64,000 bases of DNA, taken from Octopus sinensis (lineage: Eukaryota). The notes below the pieces were generated by a model. The model ran no database searches. It was not told the origin of the DNA and saw only the letters and a program-made list of their open reading frames with translations. Made by a program: the position numbers and the translations under genes. Below are positions 51,530 through 64,000 of this stretch, one piece after another. Within the stretch, counting starts at the first letter, position 1. Each line of letters opens with the position of its first letter. The stretch is taken from contig NC_042999.1 of assembly GCF_006345805.1 (NCBI RefSeq), positions 91,078,001-91,142,000 on the forward strand, written 5' to 3'.

Positions 51530-51700
51530 AAAATCGGCATTACCTGTAGAGGTGCATCTGATGCCATGCCTCTGTGCCATGCATCTGATATCGAAGTGAG
51601 CGCAGAGCAACTGAAGAAAATGCAGCATCCGACCCGCGAATCGAAACTGCGATCTTGCAATCCTATGTGCAACATACGAATTACTAGGTCACGCATCCTC
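51530..51700 (-). mobile_element. SINE family C fragment
   Basis: CATTACCTGTAGAGGTGCATC...GAGCAACTGAAG...CGAATCGAAACTGCGATC...TACTAGGTCACGCATCCTCAC resembles 17385-17560. Confidence 0.55.
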
Positions 51701-52478
51701 ACTAATACATACATTCACACACATACACAAATACATACACACATACATACATACACACATAGATACACATACATACGTACATATACCATATACACACATA
51801 TATTTATACGTGTATGTATTGTATCAAAGAAACAATGAATATTCTATTCAGTTTCTCCCACATACCCCAGCTACCTATCATCTCCGTCCACTGCTGTCAC
51901 TAAACTGGCTCTACAATTTGTCATTTTCTTCTTTGCTCTTCTAATCCTTTCTGTAAGTGCGCGTGCATCAAACGTAGCCACTTCATCCATAGTTCCTCCT
52001 TCCGACAGCCCGTCCACCTGATCGGGTACCCTACAAGCTTTTATCATGCACTTGCATACTCAACAATAAAACCTTCCGGCTTGCTCTTGCCATTGAATGT
52101 GTTTCATTAATACCCGTATTTCTACACCCACGCTCTCAGTTTCTCCTATACGGTTGTTCACACTAAACACGTAACGATTACTCGCACACACCAAGATCCC
52201 ACATCAATAAACACCACCACTGTACTTCCTCATTTTCCCACGTCTGCACATAACATTTTAAAACATACACTCTGATACATACAGCTACACACCCTCCTAT
52301 TCTTCCTTTCTTAAACTCATTTTGTAGAACAGCATGCACATTTGATATTTAACACTACGATTCCCTCTTTTTCATATATATGTATATAATGACTATTTCT
52401 CTTTTATCACTCACGCTATTCTGTCTTTCATTTCTTCTGACGAGGAAACTTCGAGATGTACGACAGTTTCCTTTTCTA

Positions 52479-53748
52479 CGAGGGGCGTTCAATAAGTAAT
52501 GCCCCTGACCCACTTCCCATAGCAGTATAGCAACGAAACTTGGCACAGTTATTAGTCTTTTTCTACATAGGAGGCACCCAGAGTTACACATTTCTCCCAT
52601 CGTTTGATGCGGCTCTGGAGACCGTTTTTGTAGAAGAACCCAGCTTGGTCCTCCAACCTCAACGTGAATTCAGAAATCAAGGCTGCATCATCTGGGAAAC
52701 GCTTTCCTTTCAAAAACAACTTCATGGCTGGGAAGAGGTGAAAATCAGAGGGTGCAAGGTCAGGAAAGTAGGGGGGATGGGGAGGAGTTCATAGCCATAC
52801 GCCTGTGCTTCTGATCTGGCGACAAGCGAGTTGTACTGCAGAAGGAGGATGCCTTTGCTGATCTTGCCCCGCCTCTTGATTTTGATAACTTCTCTTAATT
52901 TCCTCAAAAGTGAAGCATAATAGGCTCCTGCAATTGTGGTACCCTTTGCCAGGAAATCTGTCATCACTACTCCGTCCTGGTCCCAGAAGACTGTGAGCAT
53001 CACCTTGCCAGCGGAGGGCTGCACCCTTGCCTTTGGAGGGGGTGAGTCACGGTGCTTCCACTGCATTGACTGGGCTTTGGTCTCTGGATCATCGTGATGG
53101 ACCCAGGTTTCATCCTGTGTAATCAGTCTTTTGAAAAATTTTGACTCATCTTCTTGGCACATCTCCAAATTCACCCTCGAACACTCGACGCGTTCTTGCT
53201 TCTGGAAAGGCGTGAGCAACCTGGGAATCCATCTGGCAGACACCTTTTGCATATGCAAATGGTCATGAATGATAGTTTCCACAGACCCGGTACTAATCTT
53301 GACCTCATGGGCTATTTGGCGAATAATTATGCGTCGATCTTCCAAAATGGTAGCCTCAACTTGACGGACAGATGCCTCATCAATGGCAGAAGGGGGCGAC
53401 CAGATCTTGGAGCTGTTTCCACAAAGTTCTGACCATGTTTGAATTCACGATGCCAGCGTTTTACAAGGTCATACGATGGGGCATCATCACCATAAGTTAC
53501 TTTCATTTCATCAAAAGTCTCCCGTGGTGTGCGTCCTTTCAAATACAAAAACCGGATCACTGCTCGACACTCAACAGGCTCCATTTCACACTTGACTCGG
53601 TTCAAACACCTGTAAATCAGAAACCACAATTAGCTCAGAGTAATTTGCCACTTACTCTATAGAGATATAAATGATTGCACATGCAAAATTTCAGCTAGAT
53701 CACACAACTACAAGTGGGTCAGAGGCATTACTTATTGAACGTCCCTCG
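52479..53748 (-). mobile_element. Complete-length but inactive mariner (DD34D, Himar1/irritans-like)
   Basis: 37-bp TIRs CGAGGG(G/A)CGTTCAATAAGTAATGCC(C/T)CTGACCCACTT with 2 mismatches; TA duplication at 52477-52478 and 53749-53750. Confidence 0.95.
52552..53584 (-). pseudogene. Mariner transposase pseudogene
   Basis: MEPVECRAVIRFL..RSGRP / WIPRLLT / ITQDETWVH / SAGKVMLTVFWD / Y(F)PDLAPSDFHLF / YVEKD*. Frameshifts near 53395 and 52790; the second catalytic Asp region is deleted (LLQ-YNS instead of LLQDNAP.H). Confidence 0.9.
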
Positions 53749-53865
53749 TATTGCAATATTAAGCTAACACCAGTTTTATCAGATATCGTTCTTCCTGGGT
53801 TATTTTTTCTAATGTTTATTGCATCTATCCCATGATTGTATATATTTGTGTATGTATATATATAT

Positions 53866-53964
<99 letters not shown>

Positions 53965-53970
53965 TATATA

Positions 53971-54084
53971 TGCAGGCATTCGAAACGTTAAAGACTTTTT
54001 CACTTCCCGAGCGTAATACTAATACATCTATTTGTTGTCTACATCACCTGTCTTCGCCTTTTGTTTTTTTTTTGTAAATTCTCC

Positions 54085-54085
<1 letters not shown>
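53971..54085 (+). mobile_element. Short TA-flanked Penelope-type repeat (homologue at about 50407-50500 on -)
   Basis: CACTTCCCGAG(C/T)GT..AATACATCT.TTTGTTGT.TACA..C.TGTCTTC..TTTTGTAAA is shared by both copies; GAAACGTT lies at the 5' edge. Confidence 0.55.
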
Positions 54086-54128
<43 letters not shown>

Positions 54129-54707
54129 AGAGAGAGAGAGAGAAAGAGAGGTGATAGTGTTGATGATGATGATGATGATATTATTAGTAACGAACTACAC
54201 AAAATGTACCCAAGATGCTCTGTAGAATATTATTATATACATTCAGCTAATGCCTTCTGCCGTTACTTCAAATTTCACGAATGTTTGATCAAACTATGTT
54301 GGTCTACAACGAAAAGCTGTTAATCATTATAAACCAACACAGACGTTTGACTGATAGCATATTTATTAAACTTAATTTAACGGTAGAAAGCATCGCACGA
54401 ATACACACATACACACACTTTTACTTACATATAATAGTAGTGCTAGAAATGACTAATTCGTCGGTATAACAAAGAATATTATTTCATTAGAAAGACTCAA
54501 TTAAACAGAAAATATTTAAAATTATAGACAGTTTTACTTATAATCTTATATACAAATTTCCATTAGATATGACTTCACATCTACTGAAATGATATGCAGT
54601 ATATGTGTGTTTCTTTTAATGTACAAGCCCGAAAGTATTTTCCTCTATGTAATTCAGTTTATAAATCAATTATCTATATTTACATCCACTAAAACACAAG
54701 CGCGCGT

Positions 54708-54749
<42 letters not shown>

Positions 54750-54919
54750 ACACATAAACATGTAGGCTGATTTGTCATTTCGATATTGTACCTTCTTCAT
54801 TACAATGAGGCATCACATTGTATTAGGGATGTTCAAGAAACGAACTGTCCCAGTATAATTTTATACAAAACTAAGGCTAAATTGAAATAAAATAAGAAAT
54901 TTCATAAGTTGTGTTGTTT

Positions 54920-55255
54920 CATGGACGGGCGTATTTACACACGACTATCCATCGGTTACGACGACCAGGGTTCCAGGTGACCCAATCAACGGAACAGTTT
55001 TCTCGTGAAATTAAAGTGCAAGTGGCTGAGCACTCCACAACACGTGTACCATTAACATAGTTCTCAGGGAGATTCAACGTGACACAGGATGTGACACGGA
55101 TGGCTCCTTTGAAATAGAGGTACTAATAACGTTTACCAGCTGAGTAGACTGAAGAAACGTGAAATAAAGTGTTTTGCTCAAGGGTACAATTCCGCCAGTA
55201 ATCGAACTCACGATTGTGAGCTGAATACCCTAACCACTAAGCCGCGCATCTTCAC
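54920..55255 (-). mobile_element. SINE family C variant (degenerate relative at about 56790-57090)
   Basis: GTGAAATAAAGTGTTTTGCTCAAGG...AATCGAACTCACGA...CCCTAACCACTAAGCCGCGCATCTTCAC on +. Confidence 0.75.
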
Positions 55256-57134
55256 AAATATAAATTCACATACTCATATATATAAATTGATAAAGGCATA
55301 TGCATAAAGAATCTGTACCAGGTAAATGACTCAATATTCCCTTTAAAATCTTTAAGCTGAGAAGTCCTACGAGAATTATACATGTGAAGGTAGATAATCG
55401 AAAAGTAAAAGTAAGTATTGTGAAGTGTGTCTGTCACGTTTCAACATCTCAGTTCTTTTGCTTAAAATACATATATCTTAAAGCACAATATAGCTTTTTG
55501 CCTTCAGCGTTATTTGCTGTACAAATGTGTCCGAAGACTGTGAGAATAAAGACACCCGCAAACAACATGACTAGCAGCTGAAAGCGAGTATCGTGCGATT
55601 GATTTCACTTTCTTAAGATCGTTAGGCATTGCTTGCTTCAACTCTGACAAAAATAAGAAAAGCTATGTTCTTTTAAAGAAAGCAAAGGCTATAACATACA
55701 GAGAATTACGCGTACTTAGTCAGGAGAGAGGTAGTGTAAGTCATCTCAGACGATAATGAAGATAAGCGAAACTAAACAAGCGATGCTTCCAGTTGCCGAA
55801 TCACTTCTGATTTATCCATAACACACACACACACACACACACAAACAAGCACGCATGCGCACACACACACATACACGCACACACATATCCACGCACCCAG
55901 GCGTACACACACATACATACATACATACATACATACATACATACAAGCATACATACACGCATAAAGTACGTATATTTAGACATGACACGTTTTCTTTCTT
56001 ACCTGCACAACTCATGAACGTAAACATATTCAATTGAAAACATTATGACTTGTAAATGATTTAGTTCACATGCAAATAACATCTAAATTCATTTGCAAGA
56101 GTGAATTATGCCCATTGTAAGTTGTCCTAACATATTACGAGTTTTAGACTACAAAGATAAATAAATGTGTAAATAGTAATAATATGAAGAGTAATGCGAC
56201 AAACAGTACATTTCTAACTAAAAATGAAAAGCACACATTACATTTGAAAGGAAACTAAATCATGTGCTGGGTTTATACTGTCCTATAATTATCTCTGTTA
56301 GAGCAAAGGAGAAAGAAAAAAATATTGAACAATACCAATAGCCGAAAAAAATCGCCTCATTATACATTGGCATGAAGTTACCATAATAAATATACAACCG
56401 CAGTAGAAACTCGAGAAAATTTAGGAGGGGCTGCATATATTTCTCACTAAACCTGTAATCTGTAAGCCTTTTGCAGACTTCAGCATAACATATCTGCTTT
56501 TATTAAAAAAATGTTTATATATATCACACAAGAGGCTTGTAAATTGTAGATAAGAGCTTAATTTGTATTTTAAACAATGTTTAAGCATACTTATGAATAC
56601 AACATATTTTTAATGCATTGACATTAACGCATTTAATAAAATGTATAGAAAATCGAAGAATGGCAGGTGACGTTAATCTTCAACAAACACTACAATGTGT
56701 CTGTTAACCTTTGATAAAATTTTTCAGGTTTCAATCTATATAAATAAAATATATACTCGTAATTTATAAAAGTAAATTGATAATTCGTCGGTTTCAGCGA
56801 TGGTTACTCCAGGCGTTGGGTCAACTGAAGTGCCCACTCATTGCTTTATTGTGTAAGTGGCCGAATATTCCACAGATACCTGTACCATTAGTGTAATGTT
56901 TCATCAGGAACAACATGAAACAGTCTGTGATTTACAAGTTCAATCCAGCCGATGGGCTTCAACACAATTTCCCAAAGTTTTCGTCTGTTAAAGGTTACAG
57001 GGAAAAACAATTACCAAGATCTCATATCCTGCGATCGAACTCGCAAACACATGAGTGTGATTTGAAGTTTTTAACCATTCGGCCTTGCTGTAATATACTA
57101 ACAACATATCTTGTATCTCATCAGAAGAATTTAT

Positions 57135-57250
57135 GTGCCTATAAATTATGGAAATAAGAGATGGAAATAAGAGATGGAAATAAGAGAAATGTCTATAAAT
57201 TATGGAAATAAGAGAAATGTCTATATATTATGGAAATAAGAGAAATGTCT
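57135..57250. repeat. Nested minisatellite: 13-mer ATGGAAATAAGAG x3 within a 28-29-bp unit x3
   Basis: Direct inspection. Confidence 0.85.
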
Positions 57251-57289
57251 CTCACGACATCGGTCTTGTAAGAGCGTTACATCGGCAAA

Positions 57290-57475
57290 AGCCGTGAATG
57301 CCTTGGAGTATTTGGTTACGCTCATTAACATTTTGAGTTCAAGTCAGTCCAAGGCCTTCTTTGCCTTTCATCTTTCCGGATTGATAAAATAGTACCACTA
57401 AATTACTCGGGTTGTCTTTTTAATCCAAACTACTCTCCTTCCCCACAAAATTGGAGATCTTGTGTTTTTACCCAA
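57290..57475 (+). mobile_element. SINE family B, degenerate
   Basis: TTTTGAGTTCAAGTC...TTTGCCTTTCATCTTTCCGGATTGATAAAATAGTACC...CCCCACAAAATTGGAG. Confidence 0.65.
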
Positions 57476-60400
57476 AAGCCGATATCAATTCTTCTCTGTT
57501 GAGATATTTCTGCCTGCTAATTTGCAGTTACTACCATATTTACAGAGATCTTCAATGATCAGATAAACAAGACACTGCACAACCAGCAGTTCATATATTT
57601 ACTGTTGATACGTTACACTGTAATAAATACACTTTACGCACACGGTCCATTTCAGCTAGGTACCATAGGGTGGTATAGCACAGAACTGTAGCAGTTAGCA
57701 GTTATTGTACAGCAGAACAGTTACGCGGTTTCATCTTTACAATGTTTCATCCTTACAACAATTTCTAATTAAAAAGTTATATATGATATTTAGTTTTATT
57801 TAATAAGAGATTCGTCCTTTTATCCAATTCACTCGAAAAGACCAAAATAATCACAAACCAAATTTATCTCTAAGCGATATCCGTAATGAGACAGAATATC
57901 GCCATAACTAGCTATTAAAACATAAATGGTTAACGTTAAATATCGTGATAACATTGTGTTGAACTCTTTCTACTCGTCCCAAGAACTGCTTCGTCTAGAC
58001 CAAACGGAAGTATTTAGATTAGATAAGATCGATTTCAGTGTTATGAACGACAAAGGTAAAGGTCTACATCGCTGAATTTGAAGTGTTATGTCTACTCCGA
58101 AATTGACATTTAACAGTAGTTGATATATTGACACATTTCCAAGGGTCAGCTGCAACAGCTGAGACAGGCAATCTATGACAAGATAAAACAGAGACAAATA
58201 ACTACCAATTCTTAAGTAAATAAGGAAGACCATAGGAGTCAGAATTCCTGAAGATCTTGAATAATTTTGGTTTATGTTGTAGTATGGAACAAATTTTAAC
58301 CACAGTGCATTGTGACTACATACAGTCAATAATGGAAGCAGTATCAACGTGAAAGTTTTAGAAATTAGCAATTATCTTTGTTCATCCACTAACTTTTTTT
58401 TTGTAATTTGCATAAACACGGCAGTTAGATACTGATATATGGTGCCACTAGAAGCAACCAATATACATATTTAGGAGAACGTTGAAAAGTCAAATTGACT
58501 TCCTAAATTGGATTGCTATTAACCCAGACAAATATATAGGCAAAAATGAACACCCTGAATTGATAGTAAAATATAGGACTATTGTTTGTCAAAGCATTAT
58601 GAATAAATTTTAAACCGGCTGTCTCAAAATAATTCTCCGAGACCATTGTAGTGAAACATAGTAGTGAATGATCCACTCGCAGATCGAAAGAAGGTTGTGT
58701 AATATGCTTCACAACTTTCGATACATAAAGCTACGTTGTCTTGAACTAAGGAAAGATCAGAAAACATGTGACAATATGTCATGATAACAGAAACGTTTTG
58801 GGCCTGTAGTTCATTTATAAATGAAGGATACACTACATTTGCAAAGTCCCTGCTGGAAAAGTTTTGGAAAATAGGCAAGATCCTGATATCAAGTGATAGC
58901 GTCAACAGAAATAGCGATACTGACCACGTACGGTTTAGGCGATAAGAGAAAAGAAACTTAAGATCAGTAAAATATGTGCTCAAAGCCACTGAGTTGTAAT
59001 TCATAAACGTTGATTATGTTACATATCATTGAAAGATATACTTATGAAGCAACGGCTTAAAATATTATTAGTATACTATTTTCCAATGTGAAGTGACCTT
59101 ATAAACAATACTATAATACTACCTGAAAGAAAATCTAGAATAGATGCATCAGGATAAATATAGGAAATATTACTAGTGGTGATTATATAAAGTTTTCGTC
59201 CCAGCATGAGTGAAATTCAATGACAGAAACAAGAGAGGAGTTAAAAGAATACATATATATCATCTCATGAATATTGTTGGAATATTTCTGCAGAAACAGA
59301 TGTCATCTGTTCTGCAGAAGTGAACATTCCTTTCAAAATCAATAACAAAATATTTATGGACAAGTGCTTCGAAACTGCAACGTATCTATCTAGGCTACAA
59401 GTTTCCATTTGTACCTATAATTATTAGTACACTTGGCTACGTTAGTAAATAATTTCAAAAATATGGAATTTTCATGCAAAACGAGATTCCACGCACTTTG
59501 CAGATAAGTCTTTAGTGTAACAATATAAGTTTGCAAGACGTTTCTATAGTTCAAGATTTCAGGTTGTGGCTTTTAACTGCTATTATCACAATTCAATTAA
59601 TTTTACATTAAATATACAACATATGCACTGTAATCAAAGTATGTTATGAATCCTTCAATCCAGATATTATACAAATATTATTAGATCTTCCTCTTCTCCA
59701 GAAGGAACATTTGCTATACAGTTAATGTTGTCTTTTTTACATCGAATATAGGTGAGAGGTTCGTGAACAAAACAAAATCAGCATGTATCAAACAAGTGTA
59801 AAGGTTAACTGCAGTTGATGCTTTGTTGTTATTGTCATCTTGAAACTATTATCACAGTGTTCTCTGAAGAGTTATGGTCGTGAATCTCAGTACAATTTTA
59901 GTAAAATGTGTCGTATGATGTATCTGCTGCATGGAGGAGCTTATTGTTTACTTTATACACAATAATAAGTGTCTTGCTGTTCGACTCTCTAGTTCAGGTT
60001 GTTAGATGTTTTCCTCTGGTATTGTTAATATTCTTGTTGGATTATGATTGTTTATTTCATTATGACTCTGCATGTATCTTCTTGATACCGCTAATTTGCA
60101 GTGATAGTTTTATACAGAGAATTATTGATTTTTCAATATCATTTATCTAATATTTTCATACTGTTTATAGCAATATCGTCAATAACTTTTATCAACACTT
60201 TTTTGCCAGCTCTTACAACGGTCAATTTTCTATACATAACTTCGCAAATTTAGAAGTCTTCTTAAATTGTGTTAGAAATTGTTTTTCAGCTGTGTGTATT
60301 CAAACAGACGTCAATTTTAGATTGATTTTCACAGATATGAGTGTGAGGTGTTAATAGTGATAGTGGCAATAACGACGGTCTATATTTTTTCATATTTTCA

Positions 60401-60939
60401 TGGTTATCATTTGAGACGAAATGTTTTAATTCGATACAGGTATGTAGGATACCTTATTTCCACAACAAATAAATGCACATGAATGTTACGATCATCTGCC
60501 CTATTCCACACTATGGGTGACATCAATATTTTAAGCATGCTAAATATTTGAATTTCCTGTTGTATCGGGATTAGTGTAACTATTTGTATACATAAGAGTG
60601 TAAGATAATGACCAGAGTAGTGCCATCTGGCTGCATGACAAATATTCAAATATTTCGACCAAAATCTGAAAAGTCAAAGGCAGTGCAACATATGATGCTA
60701 CGAACGTACGTCCTCTTGACATTATCACCGTGTCTCTAAAGTCTCATACAACCGCACGAGACAACTTGCCAATACTTTCCTCATTGCACTACAACACCCT
60801 GGCACAAAGCTTCTACAGTGTATGTACACATCTGTCAGTAGTACTTCTGCAAGTCATTTTAAGATAAAATTAGTATATTTACTACAACAGAACAAAATCT
60901 TCATGCGTGTTACTACATTTCAATAGAACACATTATATA

Positions 60940-60997
<58 letters not shown>

Positions 60998-61247
60998 AGA
61001 GATCAATATAGTAGATGTCTTGAAGTAATATTCGTAGCCAATTAAACATGGCTGTCTGTTCGAGCGGACTCTACTGCTATTTTTTAACTCCAAGAGGGCA
61101 TCTCCTCTAGCTGGTTATCGATGCACAGCTGCATCCGATAAAATTGCGAGCAAGGTAGCCAACCCCTACCATCTCCTAGCGACGGGACCAGCAGATCAGT
61201 TCTGGTTTCGGGCTATTTCTACCACTCTTCATTACTGTGTGTAATAC

Positions 61248-61345
<98 letters not shown>

Positions 61346-61720
61346 GTGTGTGTGTGTGTGTGTGTAATGTGTGAGTGAGTGAGTGTGTGTGTGTTTGTGT
61401 GTGAACTTTAGGTTAGTTAAAATATGTTTGTGACATATTTCAAGAACTAAAAGCAAATTTACAGCAATTATCATGGAGAAAAATTCTCGCCTCTTGCTCC
61501 GTGTCTTACTTTAGCAGATTCCCAGGCGCGTTTCTGTCACCTCAATCTTTTTCAGACAACTCTGGACAAATTCTAAAGGCGTAGCTTTATCTTAGAACAG
61601 TCAGCATCTGTGAATGATTACGCTCGTGGACCGTCTGTCCATAAAAAATGGTAGTATCAGTGGTAAGCAGCGTTGAGGAATAAACGATCTTCATATGTAT
61701 GCATGTATGTATGTTTGCAT

Positions 61721-61802
<82 letters not shown>

Positions 61803-61864
61803 TGCAGATAGATAGATAAATGGATAGATACATACACACACACATACTCACACACACACACACA

Positions 61865-61927
<63 letters not shown>

Positions 61928-62049
61928 CTTCAGATATTTAGATGGATATGTGGATATGTAGGTATCTGAGGAGGGGGTGAGAGAGACACAGAGTGAGAGA
62001 GAGAAAGAGCGAGACAGAGACAAGCAGACTGATATACATTCATGGCTGG

Positions 62050-62307
62050 ACACGTAGGAAAACAGAGATGCAGAGAGATAGGTAGCTAGCAGACAGATGC
62101 AGACAAATGGCTAGCTAGCGAGTGCTATAATTTGGTTGACAGACAGACAGACACACAGTCAGATACAGAAGCAAAAAGAGAGAACGATAAACAAAATAGA
62201 TAGGCTCATTGACACGTAGGCAGAAAGACACAGACAAACAGATAGAGAGAATAACAGAATGACATACATACAGGCAGCAGACAGACTGATAGGTAGGTAA
62301 ACTGAAG

Positions 62308-62389
<82 letters not shown>

Positions 62390-62520
62390 GAGATAGAGAG
62401 ATAGATATATAGAGAAATAGATAGGCAGGGAGGTAGGCAGGTAGGCAGGTAGCTCAATAGACAGACACAGACAGACGAACAGACGGACAGACAGACAGAC
62501 AGACATACAGACAGATAGAC

Positions 62521-62590
<70 letters not shown>

Positions 62591-62745
62591 GGAGGTAGGG
62601 AGGTAGGCAGGTAGGCAGGTAGGCAGGTGGGTCAAAAGATAGACACAGACAGACGGACGGACAGACGGACAGACAGACAGACATATAGATAGATAGATAG
62701 ATAGATAGATAGATGATAGATAGATAGATAGATAGATAGATAAAG
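62050..62745. repeat. Compound GATA/GACA/GGCA/GGAC tetranucleotide field
   Basis: Direct inspection. Confidence 0.9.
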
Positions 62746-62949
62746 TATTTTTTTGATCTTGAGATGCCATAAAAAAAGCTTGTGTACGAAAAACAATAAT
62801 GGAAGTTACAGAAGCGTAAATAAAACTAACATTATCACCTATAAAATATTGCTTATTAATAATGTATATTCAGCCATTTGAAATTGTTCCTTATGTAATC
62901 AATTTAAACGATATCAATTACATATAAGGTTACACAAAATACTCCAGTA

Positions 62950-63145
62950 TTACAGTTCTATATTTAAGAGATGAGGAATTATGTACATTATTTACATTAT
63001 TTACATTTGACGCATGTTTGTCCTCATCTTGTTTGTAGTTAACACAACGTTCCGGCTGATATACCTTCCAGCCTTCTTGGTGAAATTTCGAACCTGAAAT
63101 GAGAACCCAGGTATATCAGCTGAAACGTGGTATTAACAACAAACA
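62950..63145 (-). mobile_element. Penelope pseudo-LTR-like repeat (same family as 4800-4940) plus an inverted partial copy
   Basis: Minus strand GGCTGGAAGGTATATCAGCCGGAACGTTGTGTT..AACAAGATGAGGACAAAC; the + arm GAGAACCCAG|GTATATCAGCTGAAACGTGG follows directly. Confidence 0.7.
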
Positions 63146-63454
63146 TGTATGTATGTATGTATGTATGTATGCATGTATGCATGTATGCATGTATGTATGT
63201 ATGTATGTATGTATGTATGTATCGATGGATGGATGGATGGATGGATGAATGGATGGAAGGCATCAGGGTAGGTTAGTTGTTTGGGTGGATGAACAGGCAG
63301 TTAGATATCTGGATAGCTGCAACTTCAGGCTGGTTGAAATCAAAACAAGCAGCGTGGAAATTTATAGAGTATCATTGAAATATATGTTGAAATATTTGAA
63401 ACACACACACACACATTCGCACCTACCAGACACTCACACTCATGCACACATATA

Positions 63455-63780
63455 AATGAAGGCACATGCCTCAGTGGTTAGTGCTTCGAGTTTACGAATA
63501 TGAGTTAGTGAGTTCGATTCCCGTCCCGAGCTGTGTGTTGTGCTTTTGAGCAAGACACTTTATTTTACGTTACTGCAGTTCATTCAATTTCAGAAGTGAG
63601 TTGCAATGTCACAGGTACCAAGCTGTATCGGCCGTTGTCGTTCCCTTGGACAACATCGGTGGCGTGAAGCGGGTGGGAGACTTGTTTTTATGGGTGACTG
63701 CTGGGCTTCCACAAAACAACCTTGCCCGGATTCCCATGGTTATTCGCGGTCATCCCATGGTCATTCGTGGTCGAAGGGCG

Positions 63781-63783
<3 letters not shown>
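63455..63783 (+). mobile_element. SINE family C
   Basis: GAAGGCACATGCCTCAGTGGTTAG...GAGTTCGATTCCC...TTGAGCAAGACACTTTATTTTACGTT; ends CCCATGGTCATTCGTGGTCGAAGGGCG before (TA)n. Confidence 0.8.
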
Positions 63784-63815
<32 letters not shown>

Positions 63816-64000
63816 TAATAAATAAAATATATGCATACATACAAACATATATGTACGTACCGACATCTACATGTATATATACATGCATATATAAATATAT
63901 ATATATGTACAGGACATCACAAGAAGACGAAAAAATCAACAGAACGAAAACGGAGAAGACATTTTGTTACAACAGAAGGACAGAGACGTGGAACAAGACG

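Noticed and set aside
51850-52330. VATFDARAL on the minus strand resembling an APE endonuclease N-terminus
   Set aside because: No further APE motifs follow; left as unclassified sequence.
57135-57250. CRISPR-like array (also 35995-36088)
   Set aside because: No unique spacers, no cas genes, eukaryotic context; these are ordinary minisatellites.
57970-59004. ORFs of 133 and 126 aa on the minus strand
   Set aside because: No recognisable domain; the composition fits chance ORFs in AT-rich DNA.
61556-61662. 107-nt segment with strong acceptor (TTTTTCAG) and donor (GTAAGC)
   Set aside because: Stops in all three frames; could only be a UTR or lncRNA exon, which cannot be tested here.

Overview
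Eukaryotic, AT-rich, extremely microsatellite-dense DNA. The SINE families and (TA)/(TATG)/(TATC)/(AAT) tracts point to a coleoid cephalopod, probably Octopus (inference). I cannot support any host protein-coding gene; the window looks intronic or intergenic, and most listed ORFs are translated microsatellites. Recognisable content is almost all mobile DNA: a 5'-truncated CR1-type LINE (1.56-3.78 kb), a Penelope GIY-YIG 3' end (4.3-4.9 kb), several R4/Dong-type RLE retrotransposons (23.9-26.7, 32.2 and 39.9-42.5 kb), a Tx1/L1 3' end (49.5-50.0 kb), a HERO-type 3' end (50.7-51.4 kb), a TIR-complete but dead mariner (52.5-53.7 kb), a non-autonomous Helitron (13.9-14.5 kb), fold-back MITEs, three tRNA-derived SINE families, a 5S rRNA pseudogene and two near-identical tandem duplications. 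The best leads are: (i) several small Penelope-type elements carrying minimal hammerhead-ribozyme-like motifs, often with a CC-GA-N-GA core, built as fold-backs in TA/TATG microsatellites, one linked to a tRNA-Ser-like Pol III module; (ii) a five-element same-strand nest in one (AAT)n tract, including an unexplained ~550-bp non-coding element; (iii) two LINE-SINE pairs sharing 3' tails, one with a Tx1 element inserted in (GATA)n. Everything was read by eye; no searches or folding programs were run.
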